64,000 bases of DNA from an uncultured Candidatus Binatia bacterium (GCA_965242525.1 OZ251459.1:2537037-2601036), one strand, 5' to 3'; shown: positions 26,987 to 38,442, counted from the stretch's first letter. Numbers and translations: made by a program. The notes: a model not told the origin generated them from the sequence alone.

Positions 26987-27469
26987 ATGACGGAATTCGA
27001 ACTGGCCACCATCAGTTACCAGAACGAGATGCTGGGGCTTCGCTATCTGGGAAACTGGATTGCTGCAGCGGTCGGGTTCGGGCAGATCGTCTCGATCTGG
27101 ATCGGGTTCTGGCTCATGTGGCGGACCACCGACCAGCGCCGAGCCGCAGACGGTCAACGCCACGCCGAAGCGATGGATCTCGCCGGTCAACGCCACGCCG
27201 AAGTGATGGATCTCGCCGATAAGCGCCACGCGGAAGCAATGGAAGTCGCGGGCAAGCGCCATGATGAAGCCATGGAAATCGCCGACAAGCGCCATGATGA
27301 AGCGATGGAAGTCGCGGGCAAGCGCCACGAGGAGGCGATGGCCAGCGCCGACCAGCGTCACGCGGAATCCATGGCCGCTATCCGTGAGCAGGGCGAGGCG
27401 CTGCGGACCTTGATCCGGGGCATGGAGGCCGTCCTCGAACGCACTGCGCCAAGGGGGGACAGCCGATGA
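26987..27469 (+). CDS. Small membrane-anchored protein with seven 11-residue repeats
   Basis: Strong Shine-Dalgarno (GAGGGAGGAGGG). One N-terminal hydrophobic segment (WIAAAVGFGQIVSIWIGFWLMW), then 7 x (G/D)(Q/K)RH(A/D/E)E(A/V/S)M(D/E/A)(L/V/I/S/A)A. Confidence 0.6.
   Translation: MTEFELATISYQNEMLGLRYLGNWIAAAVGFGQIVSIWIGFWLMWRTTDQRRAADGQRHAEAMDLAGQRHAEVMDLADKRHAEAMEVAGKRHDEAMEIADKRHDEAMEVAGKRHEEAMASADQRHAESMAAIREQGEALRTLIRGMEAVLERTAPRGDSR
27152..27382 (+). repeat. 7 x 33-bp in-frame tandem repeat
   Basis: Units start at 27152, 27185, 27218, 27251, 27284, 27317 and 27350 (ggtcaacgccacgccgaagcgatggatctcgcc and variants). Confidence 0.9.
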
Positions 27470-27644
27470 AGACCCTGTGCTCCACCCTCGTCGATGCGGC
27501 CCCTCCCGAAATCCTCGCCGAGTACGGGAAGGCGGTGACGGCGCAGTGGCCTCCCTCCGCGGGGCGGAGGGGGATGGGACCGGATGAGCCGGGGAGACCT
27601 TGGCCAATCCCGGACGCGCCGAAGCGGCGTTGGAAGCCGGCGGG

Positions 27645-28685
27645 CTACCGCCCGGCCAGACCGCGCTCCATGATGTAGGCCGCGGCGGCGCAGAGGCTCT
27701 CCCTGGCCGGAACGAAGTCCATGTCCAGCAGGCTCCGGGCCCGGGCGCTGTCCATTTCGTAGCGCCGTCCGAGAAGGGGCGTGAAGGACCGGGCCTGCCG
27801 GTTGAAGATCCCCCCCAGGCGGACCACGAAGTCGGGCGCGACCCTCACGGGGATCCTGCGTTGGGGGTAGGCAGCCTTCAGGGTCTCGGCCATTTCCGCG
27901 ATCCACAGGAACTCGGCCGCGGCGATGATGCGCTTGCCCGCGGCGCCCGGCGTCACAATGGCGCGGACGTGCATGCGGGCCACGTCCGTCACGTCCACCA
28001 GGGATATGCCCAGGTTGGGCACCATGGGGTCCCGGCCCCGGAGCAGCCGTTCCACCAGGCGCAGCGAGGCGCCGTAGAGGTCGTCGAGCGGACGGCCGAG
28101 GACGAGGCAGGGGTTGATGGCGGTGAGCTCCATCTCCGGCGCCGTGTTCTCCACGAAGTCCCACGCCGCCCGTTCCGCCAGCGTCTTGGATTTGGCGTAG
28201 GGCCTGATCCTGGGCCACGAGGGGTCGCTCCAGTCCGTCTCGTCGAACCGGCTCGTCCCCGGGCCCCGGGGCGAGTCGGTGACCGCGGAGGAGGATGAGG
28301 TCAACACCACGCGGCGGATGCCGGCGGCATGGGCGGCGCCCAGCGCCCGCAGCGTTCCTCCCACCGCGGGGCGGATGAGTTCGTCCTCGTCCCGCGGCTG
28401 GGTCACGGGCACGGGCGACGCCGTGTGCACCAGCACGTCCACGCCCGACATGGCGTCGCTCCAACCCTCGTCGCGGTTGAGGTCCAGCAGCACGAAGCGC
28501 AGACGCCGGTCGAGGTCCTCGTGGGTGGCGAGATGCGGCCGGACCGCGTCCCGGACTTCGTTCCGGCGCGAGTCCGACCGCACCGATCCCACCACGTCGT
28601 AACCCGCGTTCAGCAAATCGAGCACCACGCGCTTGGCGATGAAGCCGCTCGCGCCCGTGACCAGTACGGTTTTCGGTTCCGTCAT
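27645..28685 (-). CDS. NAD(P)-dependent epimerase/dehydratase (extended SDR, aldehyde/flavonol-reductase-like)
   Basis: N-terminal Rossmann motif VLVTGASGFIA. 346 aa. Confidence 0.85.
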   Translation of the reverse strand: MTEPKTVLVTGASGFIAKRVVLDLLNAGYDVVGSVRSDSRRNEVRDAVRPHLATHEDLDRRLRFVLLDLNRDEGWSDAMSGVDVLVHTASPVPVTQPRDEDELIRPAVGGTLRALGAAHAAGIRRVVLTSSSSAVTDSPRGPGTSRFDETDWSDPSWPRIRPYAKSKTLAERAAWDFVENTAPEMELTAINPCLVLGRPLDDLYGASLRLVERLLRGRDPMVPNLGISLVDVTDVARMHVRAIVTPGAAGKRIIAAAEFLWIAEMAETLKAAYPQRRIPVRVAPDFVVRLGGIFNRQARSFTPLLGRRYEMDSARARSLLDMDFVPARESLCAAAAYIMERGLAGR

Positions 28686-28748
28686 TGGGGTTCCCGCGGC
28701 AGGGGAGGACGAAGCCCGGACATCGTTTGCGCTTTCCTCCGCTTGCGT

Positions 28749-30848
<2,100 letters not shown>

Positions 30849-30884
30849 TACGACATACCCTCCGGCGCAAGGGATGGCCGACCG

Positions 30885-32162
30885 CTACTCGGCGTCGTCC
30901 CGGGATTCCCGTTCCAGGTCGGCGTTCACCTCATAGGCGTGGTGGAACTCGTCTCCTTCGATCTCCGGTCGGGAGCCGGGGTAGAACCTGAGCAGGTCCC
31001 ATTCGTTGATGGAGGCGCGGACCTTGTACCGCATGCGGTTCTGGAACCCGGCGCCTCCCGTATCCCCTTGCAGCGCCGGCGCGTTCCAGCCGTAGGCGGT
31101 GCTGTAGATTTCCCGCAGCTTCTCCACGGTTTCCCGGACGTCGGTCCCGGTGGGCGAAGCCAGCGGCAGGCATTCGCGTTCCAGCAGGCGCATCCCGGTC
31201 TCCGCCCGGGCGGCGATGCCCTTGTACCTGCTGCCCTGCATCTTCGCGCCGACGTAGTCGCGGTCCCTCTTGGACCCGGACCCGTCGGGGCTGATGACCG
31301 CGAGTGCGAAGTCGTCGGTCACGGTTCCGACGGCCACCAGTCCCGGACAGGGTTCGTTGCGGGTCTTCCCCTGCCAGCGGGCCAACTCCGCATAGGACCT
31401 GCCCCGTTGCAGGAGCGTGTAGGAGCCGATCAACTCGATCTCGTCCAGCAGCACCACCCAGCCCTCGAAGCCGGCGCCCCGGATGAGCTCGTTGGCGAAC
31501 CGCAGGCGCTGCGGAGGCAGGTCGGCCGCCTTGGGCGCGCGAAACGGGTAGTTCTGCAATTGTCCGATCTTCCTGAGGCCGTCCTTGACGGTGGATACCC
31601 TGATCCGGTCGCCCGCCCAGAACGCTTCGATCTGGCCGTTGCGCTCCGGGTCTCCCGACCTTTCGTGGACCATCAGGCTCGCCGGAAAGATCGGACTGAG
31701 AAGGCCGTCGCGGGCGGCCTTGTCGGCCCACCGGAAGAAAGCGGCGTAGGCCGGGGAGTCCGGCCGGAGGGCTTGCGCCAGTTCTTCCATCAGCCGCCCG
31801 GTGTGCCCCGGCGCGCGCCCGTTCTCCACCGCCGATTGGAACACCTTGCCCAGGTCGTAGAGAGGCGTCTCCTTGCTGACGGCCACCTTGCTGCAAACGA
31901 ACCCCTGCGACAGGGCCCGGTGTTCCAGGTGGGTCAGCAGGTGGGACTTGCCCGACCCGAAATCGCCGGAGACCAGCATTCCCAGGGCGCCGTCGGGGGG
32001 TTCGTCCGCATCCGCGGCCCTGGCCAGCAGGGCCGTGAAATCGCCTACCGCCCGGGGCTGGTTGCAGCCCAGGATCTCCACCGCGTCCCCGTTGGGAACG
32101 CCGTTGCGGAGCGCTTCGAGGGCGCGTCTGCAGGACAGGACAGGGTATTGATCCGCAGGCAT
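30885..32162 (-). CDS. P-loop ATPase resembling BrxD / DUF2791-type proteins (gene C)
   Basis: Walker A VSGDFGSGKSH and Walker B WVVLLDEIE. I prefer ATG 32162 (MPADQYP...), 14 nt after the upstream stop. The 573-aa track ORF to 32606 overlaps gene B in another frame. Confidence 0.7.
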   Translation of the reverse strand: MPADQYPVLSCRRALEALRNGVPNGDAVEILGCNQPRAVGDFTALLARAADADEPPDGALGMLVSGDFGSGKSHLLTHLEHRALSQGFVCSKVAVSKETPLYDLGKVFQSAVENGRAPGHTGRLMEELAQALRPDSPAYAAFFRWADKAARDGLLSPIFPASLMVHERSGDPERNGQIEAFWAGDRIRVSTVKDGLRKIGQLQNYPFRAPKAADLPPQRLRFANELIRGAGFEGWVVLLDEIELIGSYTLLQRGRSYAELARWQGKTRNEPCPGLVAVGTVTDDFALAVISPDGSGSKRDRDYVGAKMQGSRYKGIAARAETGMRLLERECLPLASPTGTDVRETVEKLREIYSTAYGWNAPALQGDTGGAGFQNRMRYKVRASINEWDLLRFYPGSRPEIEGDEFHHAYEVNADLERESRDDAE

Positions 32163-32176
32163 GACGAGGGATCCTT

Positions 32177-33136
32177 TCAGGACAGTCGCACGAGGGAGGC
32201 GACGGGGTTGACCAGGCTCCTGTCTCGAACGTCGTCCATCACCCTGGTGCGCAGGGCCTGGTAGATGCCATAGCCTCTGGACCCGGGACTTTCGTCCACG
32301 AACTCGGAGTTGGCGGCCACCAACAGGAGGGTTCCCGACAGCCGGTCGATGTCGTCGATGAACTCGCGCAGCAGCTCGTAGTGGTCCATGGCCATGGCCC
32401 GGGTGTAGTACCGCTTGCCGTCCCTGGGGTTGCGGGCCAGGGTGACGCGGGAGTTGTCCAGCATGACGACGGTCCCGGCAAATCCAGCCAGGCGGACCCA
32501 GTGGAGGGCGGATTCGATGAAGTACCGGGCGGTGGTGCGGTTGATGCCGGTGTAGATGGAAAAGGGACGCACGCTGCTGACTCGCGTGTTGGCGCCGGTC
32601 AGCCAATCCAGTACGGGCTGGCCGTCGTACTCGCCGCGGTCACGAGTGTTTTCCATGAGGCAGAGTTGACTCATGGCCGCTCGGAAGTCCTTGGCCATCC
32701 GAGGGTTCTTGGAGACGCGCTCCTGTATTTCCGGGAGGATTGCCTGGAAGAAGAACCGCAAGTCGATGCCGTTGCGGTCGGCCACCGCGGCAAAGACGTT
32801 GCCGGACGCTCCGGGGTCCACGCCTTCGACCGCGTAACCCTTGTCGCCCGCCAGCCGCCGGATCAGCCGTCGGGCCAGTAGCCGCCAGTCCATGCGGCGA
32901 GCCAGCCCGAAGAAGAGGTCCTGCGGCATGTGCGCCCGCATGTCCGCGGCGTCCAGCGCCGCGAAGACGTAGTCCAGCTTCCGGCAGCGCTCGGCTACGG
33001 CTTCACGCAAGGCCGGTTTCAATTCGTCCTCGGTGACGGCGAACTTGACGGAGGCGCCGCCGTCCCTGACGAAAGCGGACAGGTACTCGCGGTCGATGTG
33101 CTGCAACCAGTCTCGCAGGGGGATGCGGTTCGCCAT
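32177..33136 (-). CDS. Hypothetical protein, apparent P-loop-less paralogue of the adjacent ATPase (gene B)
   Basis: 319 aa. AGFAGTVVMLDN aligns with AGFEGWVVLLDE of gene C. The position equivalent to Walker A reads VKFAVTEDELKP. Its ATG overlaps the gene A stop (TGATG at 33136). Confidence 0.6.
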   Translation of the reverse strand: MANRIPLRDWLQHIDREYLSAFVRDGGASVKFAVTEDELKPALREAVAERCRKLDYVFAALDAADMRAHMPQDLFFGLARRMDWRLLARRLIRRLAGDKGYAVEGVDPGASGNVFAAVADRNGIDLRFFFQAILPEIQERVSKNPRMAKDFRAAMSQLCLMENTRDRGEYDGQPVLDWLTGANTRVSSVRPFSIYTGINRTTARYFIESALHWVRLAGFAGTVVMLDNSRVTLARNPRDGKRYYTRAMAMDHYELLREFIDDIDRLSGTLLLVAANSEFVDESPGSRGYGIYQALRTRVMDDVRDRSLVNPVASLVRLS

Positions 33137-33933
33137 CAGTCGCCCTCGGTAAACCGGAGTCCGTAGTACTGGACGTCGCGGCCGTCCGGTCCGACGAAGG
33201 AGAACACGCCCTTGGAGCGCCGTGTGCCGGTGGACGACGGGAAGGAGACGGCCGCGCCCTGTTTCGTGCGTTCAGGGCCTTTCGTGTCCAGGATATACAG
33301 GTCTCTGGCGAAGTCCGTGCGGTCGTATTCCCGGCTGCTGCCCGGCAAGGAGGTGAACAGCCGGTAGATCCTTTCCAGGGGCACGACCCGCCCTGCGGTC
33401 CTCACCAGGCGGTCCGGGTTCTCTTCCCTGACGATGTCCGAGTACACGGCGTAGAGGGACTCGAGGAAAGCGCCTGACTGGTAGCGGCCGGGCTTCTCCT
33501 GGTTCTTCAACAGGACGTCCGCCAAATAGGACGGTCTGATGGAGGAGACCTTCTTCCTGTCGATCCTGACCGCGCGTTCGCCGGGCAGGATGCGCACCAC
33601 GGAGGGATGGGAGATCAGCCGGTCGTCCCGCTCGTGCACGTCCAGGTTTCGCTCCGAGGCGATGCGGCGCAACTCGGCCGAGTATCCGTCCCTCAGGTAC
33701 TGCTCTTCCTCGCCGTCCTGGAACGGCCAGGCCCGGACGGCGTTGGCCACGGTCTCCTCCAGGGAGCCCATCGCGCCGTCGAGCCTCCCCTGGGTCCTCT
33801 TCATGGCGGCAAGGTTCCCTTCCCTGGACGCCTTCTGCAACTGCTTGGCCAGCCGGATCAGTTCCCCGGCCGAATCCAGTGTCGATTTCGCAGCCCTCTC
33901 GGTATCGCTGAAGGCTTGTTCGAAGCTGTCCAT
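33136..33933 (-). CDS. Hypothetical protein, helical N-terminus, no recognised domain (gene A)
   Basis: 265-aa ORF, first gene of the co-directional tightly packed set A-B-C-D. Codon usage is host-like (G+C-rich third positions). Confidence 0.6.
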   Translation of the reverse strand: MDSFEQAFSDTERAAKSTLDSAGELIRLAKQLQKASREGNLAAMKRTQGRLDGAMGSLEETVANAVRAWPFQDGEEEQYLRDGYSAELRRIASERNLDVHERDDRLISHPSVVRILPGERAVRIDRKKVSSIRPSYLADVLLKNQEKPGRYQSGAFLESLYAVYSDIVREENPDRLVRTAGRVVPLERIYRLFTSLPGSSREYDRTDFARDLYILDTKGPERTKQGAAVSFPSSTGTRRSKGVFSFVGPDGRDVQYYGLRFTEGD

Positions 33934-34015
33934 TCCATGCTCCCGGAGGTTCCGCGTCGGTTTCGGCTCGTGGTTGGCCTTTCTGCCTGTCCCGCCTGTC
34001 GTGCAGGCCGGTTTC

Positions 34016-34074
34016 GGAAACCCTGAAAGATCGTCCCCGTTCGTTCCGAGCGCAGCGAAGTCGAAGGACGCGCT
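34016..34074 (+). repeat. Short fragment of the MITE family
   Basis: ggaaaccctgaaagatcg...cgttcgttccgagcgcagcgaagtcgaaggacgcgct resembles the left TIR plus core of 56818-56991. Confidence 0.45.
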
Positions 34075-34395
34075 TTCCCACGGGGAGAGACGCCTCGAGC
34101 CGGGAGGGGCCGGGATTGCCCAGAGCTTCCTTTCTTGAATAACACGGGATAGCCGTCAATGCATCACCGCGTCAAGGGATCGGCCCTCGACCCGGCAGCC
34201 GCGGCTTCCGGTTCGATGCGCCGACCCCGGCGCGCGACGCCCCGAGGGGTTGAACGAGGCGGCGAAGCAAGGCTAAATGGAGACCATGCAGTCCGGATTC
34301 CGTCAGCGGGCGTGGGTCCGTCCGGGTCGCTGACGGTCGAGGGGGGCCGAAAACGGGACCGCAATTCGCGGGCGTCCACGAAGAAAGGGCGGCAC

Positions 34396-34827
34396 ATGGC
34401 GCGTCTGAGACACATCGCAATCGCAACCAGGGACCCGGAGAAGACCGCGGCCTTCTACCAGAAGGTCTTCGGTCTCAAGTTCGTCAAGCGGGTGCCCGCG
34501 TCGCCCCGCGGGAGCGGCGTGTTCCTCTCGGACGGACACGTCAACTTCGCCTTCCTGGACTATCCTTCCGACGAGGCCGCGGACATGGCGGGCGGGGCCG
34601 CGTACGAAGGGCTCCACCACATGGGTTTCCACGTGGACAGCCTCGAAGAGGCCAACGCCCGGTTGGGCGAGACCGAGGCGGAGGTGCTGGGCGACGAGGT
34701 GGGACCGCACGACAGCTTCTACTTCGAGCAGAAGGTGCGGGGACCCAACGGGGTCATCATGGACATCTCCACCAGGGGATGGGACATGGAGCCGCCGGGA
34801 CCCGATCCTGCGGCCAAGAAGGGTTGA
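34396..34827 (+). CDS. VOC-family (glyoxalase/bleomycin-resistance/dioxygenase) protein
   Basis: MARLRHIAIATRDPEKTAAFYQKVFGL... and ...GLHHMGFHVDSLEEA... are typical single-domain VOC signatures. The track ORF start 34159 is an upstream artefact. Confidence 0.75.
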   Translation: MARLRHIAIATRDPEKTAAFYQKVFGLKFVKRVPASPRGSGVFLSDGHVNFAFLDYPSDEAADMAGGAAYEGLHHMGFHVDSLEEANARLGETEAEVLGDEVGPHDSFYFEQKVRGPNGVIMDISTRGWDMEPPGPDPAAKKG

Positions 34828-34893
34828 TCTTGTTCTGTCCCTTGCACATGGAGTGCAGCTTCGGATCGTCCTCGTACCTGAAGGCGAGGACCG

Positions 34894-35562
34894 TCATGCC
34901 CAGATATCGTCCCTGGACTCCCAACGTTCCCTTACTGTGTGGAACCGGTCGATCCTCCCCTGGATCTTGAGGACCTCCCTTGGATAGAACTCGATCATCG
35001 TCTTGCACAACTGCAACATCCATTTCTTCCGTGAATACCCGTCGATCACGCGAATATCGTTGGAATTCGCGATCTGGATCTGGCCCCAGCCGAGTGCGCC
35101 GATGGTAAGGCAATCCCAGTCCAGGAATTCGATCGGAAAGAACAGAACTTCCGAGGCAGAGGCCCTTGTGCCTTCCATCGAGTACCTGATAATGAGCAAC
35201 GAGAAGACATTGGCGTCGGATTCATAGAATCGCGCCAGCCGTTCTACCGATGTGAGATTGGGCATATTGAATCGGGTGTCTTCCCTGTGCGTCTTGACGT
35301 CTACGATGGAGTAGATGCCCTGCCTGTCGGTGAACGCCAAATCCACCATGGCGCGGCGAGCGAAGTCCTTCGAGTACTCGCTGCACCAGTCTCCAAGAAG
35401 TTCATCGAACCGCTCTGCTACGAGTAATTCCAGCGCGTCGCCAACCGCTCTTGGGCTTCCTGCCGTTTGCGGTGAAAGGAAACCCTGTGACGAATTGATG
35501 TACTCCTTGACGGTCGAGGCCACCTTTCGATGGTGACCCTCGTAGTAGAAGCCTGACCTCAT
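34894..35562 (-). CDS. Putative Type II restriction endonuclease (PD-(D/E)xK-like)
   Basis: 222 aa. Its ATG overlaps the methylase stop (ATGA, 35559-35562). It has a D...VDVK motif (FTDRQGIYSIVDVKTH). G+C is lower than the backbone. The track ORF to 35970 is an overlap artefact. Confidence 0.55.
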   Translation of the reverse strand: MRSGFYYEGHHRKVASTVKEYINSSQGFLSPQTAGSPRAVGDALELLVAERFDELLGDWCSEYSKDFARRAMVDLAFTDRQGIYSIVDVKTHREDTRFNMPNLTSVERLARFYESDANVFSLLIIRYSMEGTRASASEVLFFPIEFLDWDCLTIGALGWGQIQIANSNDIRVIDGYSRKKWMLQLCKTMIEFYPREVLKIQGRIDRFHTVRERWESRDDIWA

Positions 35563-36533
35563 GAAAACAGATCGCCTTGCCGGGTGGCCGAATGGGTCCT
35601 GTCGGGTTGGGCAGTGGGGGTATTCCTTTCCCGGAACGTACCGCCGGCATATCCCTGGATGGCCGGGTTTTTCCTGGCGGCAGCGATGCGTTTCAGCGTC
35701 CAGCACAGGTACTCGTCGTTGATGTCCACTCCACACCAACGTCTTGACAACTTTTCCGCCACGACCGCGGTGGTTCCACTCCCAAGAAAAGGATCGAACA
35801 CGAAACCCCCCTTCTTCGAGCTCGCCAGTATCAATTTCGCCATCAGCTTCTCGGGTTTCTGTGTGGGATGGTCCGTATTTTCCGGCATCGACCAGAAGGG
35901 AATCGTCAGGTCGGTCCAGATGTTCGACGGATGGGTCAGGCGATAATCGCCGTCCTCTTCCCGTCGCCAATCCTTCGGTTCTCCTTCGAACGTGTAAGGA
36001 GCGAGGACCTTGCGTTTCACTTTCACCGCCTCAACGTCAAAATAATAGCGGTTCGACTTCGTGCAGAACCAGATGTCCTCCGTGTTGTTCTTCCAGTTCA
36101 TCCTTGCTCCACGCCCTTTCTCCCGCTCCCAGGTAATGCGGTTCCGCACATGGAACCTCGACTCCAGGACCGGGAATATCAACGTGGATGTCTTCCAGTC
36201 CGAGCACACGTAGATCGTGGCGTCAGGCTTCATGGTCGGCGCCAGCAAATCGACGAGATCCTGGAACCAGGAACGATACCCGGTTCCGTCTTTCGTTCGG
36301 AAGCGGGTTCCGTTGAAGTTCTTCGACAGGTTGTATGGCGGGTCCAGGATCAGAAGATCGACGAATTCCGGGGGAAGGAATTTCGAGACGTCGAAGATGT
36401 CCCCTGCGACCAGCCGGCCTTCGATATCCTGGGGGATGACCGCCGTTCCGACTCGCATGACGTCCCGAGACAGTCGGGCGGTCTCCTCATCCGTACATGA
36501 AAGCGTCCGGTTCCTGGGAGCGCGTTTCCGCAT
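35559..36533 (-). CDS. Beta-class DNA methyltransferase (N6-adenine or N4-cytosine)
   Basis: Motif IV LILDPPYNL precedes motif I VFDPFLGSGTTAVVA. 324 aa. Confidence 0.85.
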   Translation of the reverse strand: MRKRAPRNRTLSCTDEETARLSRDVMRVGTAVIPQDIEGRLVAGDIFDVSKFLPPEFVDLLILDPPYNLSKNFNGTRFRTKDGTGYRSWFQDLVDLLAPTMKPDATIYVCSDWKTSTLIFPVLESRFHVRNRITWEREKGRGARMNWKNNTEDIWFCTKSNRYYFDVEAVKVKRKVLAPYTFEGEPKDWRREEDGDYRLTHPSNIWTDLTIPFWSMPENTDHPTQKPEKLMAKLILASSKKGGFVFDPFLGSGTTAVVAEKLSRRWCGVDINDEYLCWTLKRIAAARKNPAIQGYAGGTFRERNTPTAQPDRTHSATRQGDLFS

Positions 36534-36586
36534 GTGAACCGCCTCGTCGGGACGCTGCTCGATCGGACGAAAGGGAGCAGCAGAAA

Positions 36587-36633
36587 GGCAAGGGGGGCCT
36601 GCCGCCGCTGCCGCGGAAGCACGCCCCCCTTGC
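36587..36633 (-). terminator. Possible terminator hairpin downstream of the binding-protein gene
   Basis: GCAAGGGGGGC (36588-36598) pairs with GCCCCCCTTGC (36623-36633), an 11-bp stem with a 24-nt loop. On the minus strand it is followed by CTTTCTGCTGC. The loop is long, so support is weak. Confidence 0.3.
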
Positions 36634-36658
36634 TACGTGTGAGCCAAGACGCCCTCTA

Positions 36659-38188
36659 CTACTTGACGCTGATGTCCATGCCGTAGATGCGGGCGTCGGC
36701 CGGGGGTTGATAGTCGATGTTGCTGGCCATGCCCCACAGCAACTGGTGCCGCCACATGAAGCAGGCGGGGGCCATGTCCGTAATGAGCTCCATGGCCGTG
36801 GTGAGGTGCCGGTTCCGTTCTTCGGGGTCGAAGCTCTGCTGCTCCGCGTCCAGGGCCGCGTCCAGGGTCGGGTCGGAGAAGCCGATGCGCGGGGAGCCGC
36901 CCTTACGGAAGTACTGGTGGAACGCCGAGCTCGGGTCGAGCACGCCGCCCCGGCCCATGTAGAAGAACGGCACCCTGCCCTTCTGCACGTTGGCCCAGAG
37001 CGTGGGCCACTCCGGCGTCAGCAGCTTGGCCTTGAAGCCCGCGGCGTTGAGCATGGGGATCATGGCCTCGGTCACCTGCTTGTCCAGAGTGTAGCGGTTG
37101 ACCGGGGTTTGCAGCTCCACCGACACCCCGTCGGGGTAGCCGGCCTTGGCCAGCAGCTCCCGCGACTTCTTGGGGTCATAGGTGTAGCGGGTCTTCAGGT
37201 CCGGGTTGTACCCCAACTGCCCCGGACCCAGGGGGCCGTCGAGACGGTTGGCCTGGCCCTGGAGCAGGGTCTTGATGATCTTGTCCCGGTCGATGGCATG
37301 GCACACCGCCTGGCGGGCTTCCTTCTTGTCGAAGGGCGGCTTGGGCTGCATGGCCAGGAACATGATCTCGATGGAGTCGGTGGGGACGATCTTGTGGTTC
37401 GGGGAGCCGTCCACCGTCTTGTACAGGTGCGGCGGGATGAACTGGGCGATCTGCACCTCGTTGTTCATGAGGGCCGCGACGCGCTGCTCGGGCTCGCGCA
37501 TGACCCGGAACACGATCTCGTCGGGCGCGTTGGGGTTCAGCTTGGCGGCCGGGTGGTCGGGCCGTTTCTCGATGACCATCCGCTGTCCCGGCACCAGCTC
37601 GGCCAGGGCGTAGGGTCCGCCGCCCATCATGCGGTTCTTGTCGGCTTCCTTGGCCCCGTGCTTGTCATAGGTGGCCTTGCTGGTGATGATGAGGCCGTCG
37701 CAGAGGAAGTCCAGCAGCGGCGCGGTGGGTTTCTTGGTGGTGATCCGCACCGTGAACTCGTCCACCGCGGTGGCCTCCTTGACGGGCCGGGCCACCGATG
37801 CCTTCTGCTTGCTCTGGGGGTCGTTGAGTACGCGCCAGAGCGAGTGCACCACGTCTTCCGCGGTCACCGGGCTGCCGTCGTTGAACTTGTACTCCTGGTC
37901 CAGCACGAACACCCAGTTGTTGGGGTCTTCGACCTTCCAGCTCTTCGCCAGCCCCGGCTCCCACCGGGCCTTCTTCCAGTTATACTTGCACAGGGGGCCG
38001 GTGATCTCGGTCCAGATGCCGTAGAGCAGCGCGACGCTGTCCCCGTACGGGTTGGCGGTCTCCATGGTCTCGGTGACGCCGATGCTGACCCGGGTCTTCT
38101 CCTGCGCCAGCGACACCGTGGCCGTCAGGCCCAGGGCGAGGCCTGCGGCGACCAGTGTCAGGATCGTGGTTCGTATGCGATTCGTCAT
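36659..38188 (-). CDS. ABC transporter substrate-binding protein, family 5 (peptide/nickel/opine type)
   Basis: Signal peptide MTNRIRTTILTLVAAGLALGLTATVSLAQE. 509 aa with typical SBP_bac_5 length. GGGAG Shine-Dalgarno before ATG 38188. Confidence 0.8.
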   Translation of the reverse strand: MTNRIRTTILTLVAAGLALGLTATVSLAQEKTRVSIGVTETMETANPYGDSVALLYGIWTEITGPLCKYNWKKARWEPGLAKSWKVEDPNNWVFVLDQEYKFNDGSPVTAEDVVHSLWRVLNDPQSKQKASVARPVKEATAVDEFTVRITTKKPTAPLLDFLCDGLIITSKATYDKHGAKEADKNRMMGGGPYALAELVPGQRMVIEKRPDHPAAKLNPNAPDEIVFRVMREPEQRVAALMNNEVQIAQFIPPHLYKTVDGSPNHKIVPTDSIEIMFLAMQPKPPFDKKEARQAVCHAIDRDKIIKTLLQGQANRLDGPLGPGQLGYNPDLKTRYTYDPKKSRELLAKAGYPDGVSVELQTPVNRYTLDKQVTEAMIPMLNAAGFKAKLLTPEWPTLWANVQKGRVPFFYMGRGGVLDPSSAFHQYFRKGGSPRIGFSDPTLDAALDAEQQSFDPEERNRHLTTAMELITDMAPACFMWRHQLLWGMASNIDYQPPADARIYGMDISVK

Positions 38189-38414
38189 TTCGTCTCCCTT
38201 CCGAATGGCGTTGCGGCGGCGCCTGCTGTGATGCCGGTAGATGATCCGCGCTTCTATCAACGCCGCGGGGCCTTGTCAACCGCGTTGCGGGGTCGGGGCG
38301 CGGCCGTGCGGGAGGGCTTCGGCTCCCGCCTTCGGCGCGTCCGCGGTCCTGGGACGGCCGCGGCGGCGCGGGTGAGGCGCAGGGCAGGACGAGGAACGGC
38401 GCAGGCCGGCGATG

Positions 38415-38442
38415 TTGACAGCCGAGGCTTTTATCCAATAGT
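38415..38442 (+). promoter_or_regulatory. sigma70-like promoter candidate for the amidohydrolase gene
   Basis: TTGACA (38415-38420), a 16-nt spacer, then AATAGT (38437-38442). Confidence 0.3.

Noticed and set aside
27152-27382. Tandem repeats (27152-27382, 63521-63619, 6275-6358) considered as possible CRISPR arrays.
   Set aside because: The units are contiguous with no spacers, diverge like coding repeats, lie in-frame in ORFs, and no cas genes are nearby.
27466-27678. 70-aa ORF overlapping the stop of the repeat-protein gene (ATGA).
   Set aside because: The sequence is Pro/Arg-rich with no motifs, and its 3' end overlaps the convergent SDR gene. It is probably non-coding, although the ATGA coupling leaves some doubt.
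30885-32606. 573-aa version of the BrxD-like ORF and 358-aa version of the restriction-enzyme ORF (34894..35970).
   Set aside because: Both would overlap the upstream gene by more than 400 nt in another frame. Internal ATGs (32162 and 35562) sit right after the upstream stop codons.
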